This document shows positions 19,187 to 28,133 of a stretch of 64,000 bases of DNA, piece by piece. The notes beneath the pieces are model-generated. The model ran no database searches, was not told the origin of the DNA, and saw only the letters and a list, made by a program, of their open reading frames with translations. The position numbers were made by a program, and so were the translations under genes. The stretch comes from Polyangiaceae bacterium (lineage in GTDB: Bacteria; Myxococcota_A; Polyangia; Polyangiales; Polyangiaceae), in assembly GCA_044376115.1 (NCBI GenBank), contig JBILLK010000003.1:256001-320000 (forward strand), given 5' to 3'. The first letter of the stretch is position 1, and the number at the start of each line of letters is the position of its first letter.

Positions 19187-19918
19187 ATGCGAAGCTACCT
19201 CAGGTCTGGAGCGCGCTTGGTCGCGTCGACGTTGACGCTGCTGCTAGCGTTGAACGGTTGCTCCGACCGCAAGGAGGGCGAGCCGTGTACCTCACCAGAG
19301 GATGGCGCCCGTTGCCTGGATAGCGCGACGGCTCTCGTTTGCAGCGAGCAAAGACTGGTGCGCTTCCCTTGCAAGGGCGCGCTCGGATGTACTCAGAATC
19401 AAGAGAGTGTCCGCTGCGATGGCACCGTTGCCGCGGAAGGGGATCGTTGTGAAGAAGGGTCCTTTACTTGCAGCGAGGACGGTAAAGCGCGGCTCAAGTG
19501 CATCAATGGCAAGTACGTCGCTGATGCCCTGTGCCGTGGTGATGACGGCTGTAGCGTCGCCGGCGTCGTCACCCATTGTGATTCCTCCAAGGCCGAGGTC
19601 GGCGAGGCCTGCGAGAACGTAGGTAGTTTGGCCTGCTCGCCAGACGGAAGCACGATGCTGGTGTGCGAAGGGCTGTGGAAAGCTGGCTCGCGCTGCAAAA
19701 AGGGATGCCGTCGCCGCGGGAGCGCAGAGAGCGGTGTCGTAGAGTGCGAGGAAGAGGAAGCAAAGGCATCAGGGCCTTGTGCACCTGACGGCGCCATAGC
19801 GTGTGAGCAAGGTGGTAAAGAGCTGCTCAAGTGCTTTTCCGGCCGCTATCAGAAGAGCAAGCCCTGCCCGGGCCCCACCGGCTGCACGAGTGAGGGGTTT
19901 TCCGTTCAATGCGACTAG
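19187..19918 (+). CDS. Cys-rich repeat lipoprotein
   Basis: Lipobox LALNGC; four repeats each beginning G-x-x-C. Confidence 0.72.
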   Translation: MRSYLRSGARLVASTLTLLLALNGCSDRKEGEPCTSPEDGARCLDSATALVCSEQRLVRFPCKGALGCTQNQESVRCDGTVAAEGDRCEEGSFTCSEDGKARLKCINGKYVADALCRGDDGCSVAGVVTHCDSSKAEVGEACENVGSLACSPDGSTMLVCEGLWKAGSRCKKGCRRRGSAESGVVECEEEEAKASGPCAPDGAIACEQGGKELLKCFSGRYQKSKPCPGPTGCTSEGFSVQCD

Positions 19919-19938
19919 AAGCCAAATAGGGCTTTCCT

Positions 19939-21285
19939 TTGAAGCTTCAACGTCTCATTGCCACGTTCCGTACGTTGCTGGCGACGCCGCTGCTAGCACA
20001 GCCGACGCTCTTACTCGGCTGCCTAATTGTGATGCAGACCCTACTCATCAATCTGCTTGTCGCAGCGTACGAACAAGCGGACTGCGCTTGGCTTTTCAGC
20101 CTGTTCATGGACCGCTATGAGCTAGCCGCTGATTCTTGGCGCCCAATGCATGTAGCGGTTCTTACCGTTAGCGCCGACGGACCCCAAGATCTTTACAATA
20201 AGGTGTACTTCGCATCGGGGTACCAGTTCATTTACCCACCACAGGGCCTTGCTTGTTTTGAGCTGCTCGACCGGCTGCAGCTCGTTGCGTGGTCAAACTT
20301 CTCTGCACTCAATCGAGCGGCGAAGCTTGCCTTCGTTCTAACCGGCGCGTTCAGCGGCCTGCTCGCGCGTAAGCTCAGCCCAGCTCCCTTTCGACCGACC
20401 GTTATCGGGGCGCTCTTTTTGGGAGTGCTCGCGGCGATGACCTTCTACCCGCTTGTTCGAGGAGTCGAGTTGGGACAGGTTCAAACCTGGTTGAGCTTGT
20501 TCCTCGTCCTTTCGATCTGTGCGTTTGCTTACGAACGCAAGCTGCTGGCAGGAGTCATGTTGGGCCTGGTCATCGTCGTCAAGCCGCACCTCGGCGTCGC
20601 GGTTCTGTGGGCGCTCGTGCGGCGAGAACATCGGCTCGCCATGGGGACCTTATTGGTCTTGGCCGGCTCCACGGTTTTGTCGCTTGCCTTCTATGGGCCT
20701 GGCCTTCACGCGGACTATGCGAAGCTATTAGGCTTCCTTTCGACTCGGGCCGAGCCATTCTACGCGAATCAGTCGCTTTCGGGGCTGCTGCACCGACTCG
20801 CCTTCAACGGCAATAGCCTGGTATGGGACGGGACGCATACTCACGCGGTACCGCTTCCTTGGGTCAACCTCCTAAGCCGAGTGTTTGCCGTTGGCGGCGT
20901 TCTGGCGGCTCTGGTTTGGCGTCGCGATCAGAGTCCTTTCGGCGCAGCGATGAACTTTGCCATCATCCTTTTGACCGCGACCGTGGTGTCGCCAGTTGCT
21001 TATGAGCACCACTATGGATTTTGCGTCTGCTTGTTTCTCGTGCTCGGAAGCCGACTCTTTGCCCAACGTCGCTGGGGAACTAACCATTGGTTGCTGATGC
21101 TCAGCTATGCAGTTTCAGCAAACTTCTTCGGTATGACCCGGCAATTCGCTACTTCCAACCTCAATGTGATTCAATCTTATCAATTCATTGCCAGCGTGCT
21201 TCTGCTGGGACTCGCCTACAAGCTCACTTCGGAACGCGTCGCCTCTCCGCCACTCCGCGGGAGCCGCGCGACCCAGTCCAAGTAG
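19939..21285 (+). CDS. Glycosyltransferase family 87 (DUF2029) membrane protein
   Basis: FIYPP, LGQV, VVKP, NQSL.G, SPVAYEHH motifs; many TM segments. Confidence 0.8.
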   Translation: MKLQRLIATFRTLLATPLLAQPTLLLGCLIVMQTLLINLLVAAYEQADCAWLFSLFMDRYELAADSWRPMHVAVLTVSADGPQDLYNKVYFASGYQFIYPPQGLACFELLDRLQLVAWSNFSALNRAAKLAFVLTGAFSGLLARKLSPAPFRPTVIGALFLGVLAAMTFYPLVRGVELGQVQTWLSLFLVLSICAFAYERKLLAGVMLGLVIVVKPHLGVAVLWALVRREHRLAMGTLLVLAGSTVLSLAFYGPGLHADYAKLLGFLSTRAEPFYANQSLSGLLHRLAFNGNSLVWDGTHTHAVPLPWVNLLSRVFAVGGVLAALVWRRDQSPFGAAMNFAIILLTATVVSPVAYEHHYGFCVCLFLVLGSRLFAQRRWGTNHWLLMLSYAVSANFFGMTRQFATSNLNVIQSYQFIASVLLLGLAYKLTSERVASPPLRGSRATQSK

Positions 21286-22709
21286 CTCTTGAGCTTGAAC
21301 TTCTTGGCGGTGCTGTCGGATGACATATAGCGAACCTGGCCCAGTACAGGGCGCTCGGGCGCCCAGGGTCGATCAAAAAGGCCAAAGCACCAAAGGATAC
21401 CCGTGTAAGAGTTAGGGTTTCTGCCGTCTAGTGCGTACTTGTTATTGAGGTGGACCAAGGTCTGATAAGCGGTCTCTGGATCGCTCGACCATTCAAGCAC
21501 CTTCTTGCCCCAGAGCATACGCAGGTAGTTGTGAATGACCCCTGTCGCTACCAGCTCTTTTTGCGCAGCGTTCCAAAGCTCATCGTGGGTCTCGCCGCGC
21601 TCCCATTGTTCGAGCGAGTAGGTGAAGCTCCGTTTATCCGCGGCGTGTGCCTTGAGTGTATTGATGGCCCAGCTGGGTAGGGCGGATTCGAGAGAGCGAG
21701 TATCAAGCCGCCGAGTCCAATGCCAGACGTAACCGACGTCGCGCCAGGTGATCGCCTCGTCCAGGAACGAGTTGACGTTGTCGTCGTCGGAGAAAAAGCC
21801 TTCGCGCTTTGCGAGGTTTGTGCGGTTGAAGGTAGGACCTCCCGGGAGGGTAGCGAGTACACTGTGAACCACTTCGTCGATGCTCAGGTGGCCAAAGTGC
21901 AAGTAGGGTGAAAGCCCAGAGCCGTGCATCGCGCTCGGGGCGGCGGGCTTTGAACGGTCTTCAGCGTAGATGCCGAGCCCTGTTTTCAGGAAGGCACGGA
22001 GTTGCGCTCGCGCCGCGGTGGTCCCGCCTGGCTTGGCTGATACCCTAGCCACCGACTGGTCGATGGGGAGGGACGCTATCAAGGTATCCAATTGGGCCAA
22101 GTCAGCTGTCTGAAAGGGCGGCTCAATAGCAGCTTGCTGGAGCTCCTGAACGGCTGGTACATGGGCCGACAGGTGCGTATAGGCGGTCTCGAAGTTTTGG
22201 TGCAACCTGCGCCGCAGATGCACAGCAGCAAAGGGCGGGGTCCCCAATAGGCTGATAGGGACAACGCTGTTGTTATCCACGGCAAAGACGGCCTTAGAAA
22301 AGCTCGCCACGGCTTTGGATTGGTCTGGAATGATAAAACAGGGGAAGTCGTCTGTGACGACGAGACATGCCCCGTTGACGATCTTGCGCAGGAGGCCCTT
22401 GGCGGGTTGTGCGGCGCTTTCGACGAATGGCCAATAGTCAATGCCTAGCTCGGCTGCGGTGGCGGCGTTGTCACGCATGCCCTCGATGATGAAGCCCGAG
22501 AAGCGTGCACTCGCCCACGGGTAGTCAAGACGCAGGCCCTCATAGACGACGAGCGGTTTGCCCAGTTGCTTCGCGCAGGTAGCGGCGTAATCGAGCGCGT
22601 GGTTCCAGGAGAGCCTGCGCGCCGACTGCATCCAATAGAGAACGTAGGGCGAGGCCTTATCGACTGGGGTCTCGTTGAGCCGTCGGATCCGGGCCTGATT
22701 GTAGGACAT
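21216..22709 (-). CDS. phr: Class II CPD (deoxyribodipyrimidine) photolyase
   Basis: YVLYWMQ, SGLSPYLHFG, THDELWNAAQ, IHNYLRMLWGKK.LEW, YALDGRNPNSY, DRPW. Confidence 0.93.
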   Translation of the reverse strand: MSYNQARIRRLNETPVDKASPYVLYWMQSARRLSWNHALDYAATCAKQLGKPLVVYEGLRLDYPWASARFSGFIIEGMRDNAATAAELGIDYWPFVESAAQPAKGLLRKIVNGACLVVTDDFPCFIIPDQSKAVASFSKAVFAVDNNSVVPISLLGTPPFAAVHLRRRLHQNFETAYTHLSAHVPAVQELQQAAIEPPFQTADLAQLDTLIASLPIDQSVARVSAKPGGTTAARAQLRAFLKTGLGIYAEDRSKPAAPSAMHGSGLSPYLHFGHLSIDEVVHSVLATLPGGPTFNRTNLAKREGFFSDDDNVNSFLDEAITWRDVGYVWHWTRRLDTRSLESALPSWAINTLKAHAADKRSFTYSLEQWERGETHDELWNAAQKELVATGVIHNYLRMLWGKKVLEWSSDPETAYQTLVHLNNKYALDGRNPNSYTGILWCFGLFDRPWAPERPVLGQVRYMSSDSTAKKFKLKSYLDWVARLPRSGGEATRSEVSL

Positions 22710-22845
22710 AGCGCCACGCAGCATAGTCGAAGGCCTCATGGGACAATCGACGTTGGCGCAGGTCATTGCAACAGACTGTTTCGAGCTCGCGTGACTAGCC
22801 CGGACGCTTGCTGAAGGTCGCAGAGGAGGCCAGATTGGGCGGGTC

Positions 22846-23889
22846 ATGAGCAATACGCCCGATCAAGTCCCGGTTCAGTCCCGCGTCGTCAGAGAGATCC
22901 CTCTCGGATTCCCTTGGGAGACGCGTGACCCCTTTCTCTTTTGTGTACATCACGAAGACTTTTATCCCCAAGGCAATGAGCAGATGGGCCCCCGAGCCTC
23001 GCTTGCCGGTCGTAATTTGGGGCAGGACTTCACCGTGAAGGACGGCTTTCGCATGTACCACGGGGAGATCGTCCCAGGCTTTCCGCAGCACCCGCACCGC
23101 GGCTTCGAGACGATCACGATCGCCCGTCGAGGCTTCATTGACCACTCCGATTCGCTTGGTGCCGCGGCCCGTTTTGGAACGGGCGACGTGCAGTGGATGA
23201 CGGCCGGCAAAGGCATCGTTCATTCCGAAATGTTCCCGCTCATCTCGGAGACCGAGCCAAACACCGTCGAGCTATTTCAGATTTGGCTCAACTTGCCGGC
23301 CGCCGACAAGATGGTTGAACCGCACTTCAAGATGTTGTGGGCGGAGTCGCTACCGCGTGTGGTCGTCGATGCAGCAGGCTCGTCAACCGTGACGGTGATC
23401 GCTGGTCAGTTCGCCGGTCAGGCAGCCCCATCGCCGCCGCCGAGCTCGTGGGCCTCCAAACAGGAGGCCGACATAGCGATCTTCGCGATCGTGCTCGGGC
23501 CCAACGGCACGGTCGCGCTCCCGACCCTGGCTCCCGGCGTGGAGCGAACGCTGTATTTCTTTAAGGGCTCGGAGTTGGTCGTGAACGATCAGCGCTTCGG
23601 ACGCCATGTTGGGCTCGAGGTCTCACCCGGCGAGCAGACCCTCACCGCTGGTGAAAGCGGCGCCGAGATCTTGGTGCTCCAAGGGCGGCCATTGCGTGAA
23701 CGGGTCGCCCAATATGGGCCCTTCGTGATGAACACACAGGCTGAATTGCAGCAGGCTTTCGTCGACTACCGTCGAACCCAGTTCGGTGGATGGCCTTGGC
23801 CCGAGGACGCTCCGGTCCACCCTCGAGCCGAAGGACGCTTCGCGCGTCACGTGGACGGACGTCTCGAGCGCCCCGAAATAAAAGCGTGA
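22846..23889 (+). CDS. Pirin family protein
   Basis: DPFL, HPHRGFETIT, HSDSLG, VQWMTAGKGIVHSE, FQIWLNLP, YGPFVMNT. Confidence 0.93.
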   Translation: MSNTPDQVPVQSRVVREIPLGFPWETRDPFLFCVHHEDFYPQGNEQMGPRASLAGRNLGQDFTVKDGFRMYHGEIVPGFPQHPHRGFETITIARRGFIDHSDSLGAAARFGTGDVQWMTAGKGIVHSEMFPLISETEPNTVELFQIWLNLPAADKMVEPHFKMLWAESLPRVVVDAAGSSTVTVIAGQFAGQAAPSPPPSSWASKQEADIAIFAIVLGPNGTVALPTLAPGVERTLYFFKGSELVVNDQRFGRHVGLEVSPGEQTLTAGESGAEILVLQGRPLRERVAQYGPFVMNTQAELQQAFVDYRRTQFGGWPWPEDAPVHPRAEGRFARHVDGRLERPEIKA

Positions 23890-23925
23890 CTTTCCCTTTC
23901 TGCGGGCAGTTCTTGGGTGTATGAT

Positions 23926-23947
23926 GTTTGAACAACGGTATTCAAAC
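23926..23947. promoter_or_regulatory. Inverted repeat GTTTGAA-N8-TTCAAAC immediately upstream of the CarH-like ATG (candidate operator)
   Basis: Perfect 7-bp arms at 23926-23932 and 23941-23947 in an AT-rich spacer. Confidence 0.45.
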
Positions 23948-23948
23948 C

Positions 23949-24938
23949 ATGGACAACCTCTCCCCGCGCTACCGGATTCACGCCGTAAGCCAACTCACTG
24001 GTGTTTCTACGGCGACACTGCGAGCGTGGGAGCGGCGCTACGGCTTCCCAAGCCCCTCGCGCACCACGTCTGCTTATCGGCTGTACAGCGACTTCGATGT
24101 CGACCTGCTCAAGCGTATGCGAGCGCTGGTGGAGTCGGGGATCGCTCCCAATGAGGCCGCTCGTGAGCTTCTGGAGAGCTCCAGCCAGACGCTCACGGCG
24201 CCCTTGCTCACAGAGGTCGAAGACCCTTACCAAACGGCCTCTGCCCGCATCGTGGAAGCCGCGGCGCGGCTCGATACGACTGCGCTCAATCGGGAGGTGC
24301 GGCGCGCGCTGCTGCTGGATTCAGGGTTGGTCGCCTTCGAGCGAATCCTGCGGCCCGCGCTGGTGGAGATCGGTGAGCGGTGGCATCGCGGCGAGGTTTC
24401 GATCGCGAGTGAACACTTCGCTTCGCACGTCATCTCCGCAGCCACGCTCGATCTGCTGCGCATGATCACGATTCCGGTGGATGCTCCAACCGTTCTTTTG
24501 GCGTGCTTTGCGGAAGAGAACCATGTGCTACCGCTCTACGGCGCAGCGCTCGAGCTGGCCACTTGGGGGTTCCGGCCCATCATTCTCGGCGCGAGGACCC
24601 CGCCATCTGCGATTGCCCGCGCCAATCAAGCGTTGAAGCCGGACATCGTTGGTCTCTCGTGTACGTTGGCGCCAGAGCCTGCAAGTGCAGCTCGCGAACT
24701 CGTGGACGCCTATGCAGACGCTTGCCCGAACACACCTTTCGTAGTCGGCGGAATGGGGTCCAAAGAGCTGGAGCATTGGATCGTTGCTCGGGGCGGCAAG
24801 GTGATGCCAGCGAGTTCCTCCGAGCGGCGCAGACTGTTGGATCATCTGGTCGCGGCTGGTCGCTCTCGCACCTCAGAGCCTGCGCCTGAGGTCGTGGCCC
24901 TGGCCCCCAAGCCGCGCCGTCAAAAGCCAGTGCATTGA
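23949..24938 (+). CDS. MerR-family cobalamin-binding photoreceptor regulator (CarH/LitR type)
   Basis: LRAWERRYG DNA-binding domain; W-x9-EH (WHRGEVSIASEH); ENHVLP; GLSCT; VVGG. Confidence 0.88.
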   Translation: MDNLSPRYRIHAVSQLTGVSTATLRAWERRYGFPSPSRTTSAYRLYSDFDVDLLKRMRALVESGIAPNEAARELLESSSQTLTAPLLTEVEDPYQTASARIVEAAARLDTTALNREVRRALLLDSGLVAFERILRPALVEIGERWHRGEVSIASEHFASHVISAATLDLLRMITIPVDAPTVLLACFAEENHVLPLYGAALELATWGFRPIILGARTPPSAIARANQALKPDIVGLSCTLAPEPASAARELVDAYADACPNTPFVVGGMGSKELEHWIVARGGKVMPASSSERRRLLDHLVAAGRSRTSEPAPEVVALAPKPRRQKPVH

Positions 24939-25045
24939 GGCGTTCGCAAGGCCGCCGATAGATTGTTAACGGCCGTGGACAAATGGTCGGCAGGGACGTT
25001 GCTGAGCGTATATTAGGCTGGCACGCTCATTGCCCGTGGGTCGGG

Positions 25046-26404
25046 ATGTCCTTCCGCGAACGGTTTGCACTGCTATCATTCGGCCTGCTTTTGGGGGCCT
25101 GTGGTGATGACTCCTCTGAAACGGAGCCAGAGCCGAAGCCGGAGAACAATCCCCCCGTCTGGAGCAACGCTCCAACCGCCGCTACGAAGGTTGGTCAAGG
25201 CCAGAACGTTACGCTGCCAATCACTATTAGCGATGAGACGCCGGAGTCGGTTTCGCTCTCGGTTGTAAGCCCACCCGCTGGCTTGGAGGCTGAACTGTCA
25301 GAGGAGGGCGAGCTCTCGCTGTTGGTCCATGCAGGTTACGCATTGAGCGGTTCAACGTCGCTCACGGTGGAGCTGAGCGACGGAGAGAACACGACGAGCG
25401 TTGAGCTGGCGTTGGACGTGGTGCCGCTGCGCTGGCTCTCCAGCGAGACCTGGCCGGCGGCCGATGGGCCCGAGGCTCGTGAACATGGCAGCGTGGTAGT
25501 GGACGCTGAAGGCCGACAAGCCTTCCTGGTTGGTGGGTCTGGCTACTCACCGTACCTGGAGCCGTTTGGCGATGTTTGGCGTTACGACCTTGAAGCTCGC
25601 AGCTGGTCCCAGGTCGAGCCGAGTGCAGCCTTGCTTCCCGGCGCTTCGAGGAGGGTGGCCAGCGTCCCCGGGACCAAGAGCTCGTACCTCTTTGGGGGCT
25701 ACCGCGGAGCCACTGGCAATGAGCTACACAATGAGTTGCTGCGCGCAGAAGTAAGCGGAACCAGCATCGAGTTCACGCTGATTGAACAGGAGAACCCTCC
25801 TCCCGAGAGGGCGCTGCATGCCTTTGCCTACGACCCCGGGAGCCAGCGTTTTGTGGTTTTCGGCGGCGCAGGAGCTACGTTTTACAACGATGTCTGGATC
25901 GGCACATTGACGGGCGATGTGATGAGCTGGACCGAGGTACGAGCCGACGAGAAGCCCAAAGGTAGATTCGGGCTCTTCTACGGGATGGATACGGAGGCAG
26001 GGCGGCTAATCATCTATAGCGGTCAGACTAGCCAGACTAAGTTCGCCGACGATACCTGGGCGCTCGATGTCCGTGCCGAGACGCCGACTTGGGAGTTGCT
26101 CTCGGAGGGCGGGGGAGAAGGAGAGCCGCCGGGGCGCAGGAACGGTACCTTCCTATTCGATCCAACGGCGCCTCGCTTGTTCGTATTTGGCGGAACCTCC
26201 GATGGCGCCACGACTTCACCAGGACTCTTTGCCTTTGATGCCCGGGCCGGACACGCCGGTTGGGCCCGGCTCGATCTCGATGGGCAGCCCGACCTCCGTT
26301 CGAGCGGCTTCGGCTTCTTCGATCAGCAGCTTGGCCAAGCGTTCCTGGGCTTTGGTAACACGAGCAGCGCTGTTTATGCGGATTGGAGCGTACTCGGCTA
26401 TTGA
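25046..26404 (+). CDS. Kelch-repeat beta-propeller lipoprotein with N-terminal Ig/cadherin-like domain
   Basis: Lipobox LLGAC; repeated LFGG/VFGG...W units; NNPPVW stalk. Confidence 0.8.
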   Translation: MSFRERFALLSFGLLLGACGDDSSETEPEPKPENNPPVWSNAPTAATKVGQGQNVTLPITISDETPESVSLSVVSPPAGLEAELSEEGELSLLVHAGYALSGSTSLTVELSDGENTTSVELALDVVPLRWLSSETWPAADGPEAREHGSVVVDAEGRQAFLVGGSGYSPYLEPFGDVWRYDLEARSWSQVEPSAALLPGASRRVASVPGTKSSYLFGGYRGATGNELHNELLRAEVSGTSIEFTLIEQENPPPERALHAFAYDPGSQRFVVFGGAGATFYNDVWIGTLTGDVMSWTEVRADEKPKGRFGLFYGMDTEAGRLIIYSGQTSQTKFADDTWALDVRAETPTWELLSEGGGEGEPPGRRNGTFLFDPTAPRLFVFGGTSDGATTSPGLFAFDARAGHAGWARLDLDGQPDLRSSGFGFFDQQLGQAFLGFGNTSSAVYADWSVLGY

Positions 26405-26862
26405 TCGGAAGCCGCGGCTAACGAGCTATCCGCAGCGGCGGACAGCGAACTCTTCGGGCTCGTTAGCCGCTTTGTGAGCACCATACCGAGCAGCATTCCG
26501 CCGACGAACAAAAGCGGGGACAGCGTCCCCGTTGCCGCGGTCACGAGGGAAGGTCCGGGGCAGTAGCCTCCAAGTCCCCACCCTACACCGAAGATGGCCG
26601 CACCTGCGATTAGTGGCCTATCGATCCGCCGCTTGCTCGGCAGTTGAAAGGATGGGCTGAGGAGCGGTCGCGCGCGCTTGAGGATCAACCGACGGAGCAG
26701 TAGATGAACGCCAATTGCTCCGACCATGACCCAAGCCAAACTCGGGTCCCGTTGGCCTGCTACGTCCAAAAAGCCAAGCACTTTGTCCGGGCGCACCATG
26801 CCCGAGGTGAGCAAGCCAACGCCGAACAGCGCCCCGGCTACCAAAGCAGAAAAGACGCGCAT
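26398..26862 (-). CDS. YeeE/YedE-family sulfur transport membrane protein
   Basis: SGMVRPDKVLGFLD, DPSLAWVM, GWGLGGYCPGP. Confidence 0.88.
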   Translation of the reverse strand: MRVFSALVAGALFGVGLLTSGMVRPDKVLGFLDVAGQRDPSLAWVMVGAIGVHLLLRRLILKRARPLLSPSFQLPSKRRIDRPLIAGAAIFGVGWGLGGYCPGPSLVTAATGTLSPLLFVGGMLLGMVLTKRLTSPKSSLSAAADSSLAAASDQ

Positions 26863-27287
26863 TACTGCCCCCCCTGGCCAACGAGATGACGCACGATGAA
26901 GACGGTAAGTCCACCCGTGAACATAAAGGTCACGGTGGCAATCACCGAACGCAGTCGCAGCGCCGAGATACCGCATACTCCATGGCCGCTGGTGCAGCCG
27001 GAGCCCAACTGAGTCCCCACTCCGACAAGCAGCCCAGCCAAACCAACGAGGCCGATTGGAGTTGGTGAAGCGCCAAAGCTGGTCGGGGAGAAGACCGCAA
27101 AGCCCAGGCCCACGACGATCAGCCCGCCCAAGAACGCGAGGCCGGTCGACCGGTCGCCATCAGGGCCAGCTGTGGCGACTCCTGACAGCAGCCCACTGAT
27201 CCCCGCCACCCTTCCGTGGGTCAAAAGAAAGAGTGAGGCGGCAAGACCAATCAGCGCTCCGCCTAGCAAGGCTGCCAAGTCGAACAT
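26862..27287 (-). CDS. YeeE/YedE-family sulfur transport membrane protein
   Basis: [20 protein letters not shown]; 1-nt overlap with the partner gene. Confidence 0.9.
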   Translation of the reverse strand: MFDLAALLGGALIGLAASLFLLTHGRVAGISGLLSGVATAGPDGDRSTGLAFLGGLIVVGLGFAVFSPTSFGASPTPIGLVGLAGLLVGVGTQLGSGCTSGHGVCGISALRLRSVIATVTFMFTGGLTVFIVRHLVGQGGQ

Positions 27288-27329
27288 GTATCCGGTATAG
27301 CAGATGCATGTCTGCGAAGCGAAGGGACG

Positions 27330-27995
27330 CTACGTTGCGTAGGTCATGACGAGGTAGAGCACCGACTCTGTCTTGCCGGGATTCCGGTAAACGTGTGCCG
27401 AGTCGGCTCGAAACAGGATGGCGTCGCCCGTTCCGAGGAGGTGTTTACCCCCGCTGATTTCCAGCTCAACCTCTCCGCGCGCAACGACGAGATTTTCATT
27501 GGTTCCCGAGGCGTGGGCCTCAGCGTGTTCAACTCCGCCCGGCGCGATACGGATTTCGTAGAACTCGACGGTTCGCGCTGCATCTGTCGGAAAGAGTGCT
27601 CGGCTCGAGAAGGCGCCGTCGGCGCTGGTGAGGCGCTTCGCCTTGTCTTTGCTGAGGACCCGCACGTCTTGATTGGGAGCCTCGGCGATCAACGCAGAGA
27701 AAGGCAGGTCGAGCGCTTGGGTGATCTTCCACACCACGTTGATCGTTGGAGCGCTGCGTCCGAGTTCAATCTGCCCAAGCATGGCGCGGCTCACGCCCGA
27801 ACGTTGCGCCAACGCCTCGAGCGAGAGCGAGCGCTCTGAACGAAGACGTCGAAGATTCGCCCCTAAGACTTGGGAGGGTTCATCGGTGGGTGTGCTGTGG
27901 TCTGCTGCCTTGTGACCAGCGGAAGCAGCGGCTTTCTTCGCAGCCGTTGGTCGCTTGCCTTTTTCCTGCGTTGATCGACTCGAACTCACCATCAT
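27330..27995 (-). CDS. XRE-family HTH + cupin transcriptional regulator (SutR/PuuR-like)
   Basis: NLRRLR..SLEALAQRSGVSRAMLGQIELG.SAPT; cupin HASGTNE...GDAILF.AD..HVY.N. Confidence 0.88.
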   Translation of the reverse strand: MMVSSSRSTQEKGKRPTAAKKAAASAGHKAADHSTPTDEPSQVLGANLRRLRSERSLSLEALAQRSGVSRAMLGQIELGRSAPTINVVWKITQALDLPFSALIAEAPNQDVRVLSKDKAKRLTSADGAFSSRALFPTDAARTVEFYEIRIAPGGVEHAEAHASGTNENLVVARGEVELEISGGKHLLGTGDAILFRADSAHVYRNPGKTESVLYLVMTYAT

Positions 27996-28133
27996 CTCCC
28001 AGCGCTTGCGAGCTGCACTTGGCTCTTGGCCAGAGCTTAGTCGCAACTTGCGCAAGACTGCAGCGAAACCTCGGCCAGAGTCTTTTCGGGGCTGCCATCG
28101 ATTCGACACCAACGGCCTGCACACTGCGCGCCC

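Noticed and set aside
22710..22845. CarH-type 11-bp direct repeats in the photolyase/pirin spacer
   Set aside because: ACA-containing words are present but not as phased TnnACA repeats; unsupported by eye.
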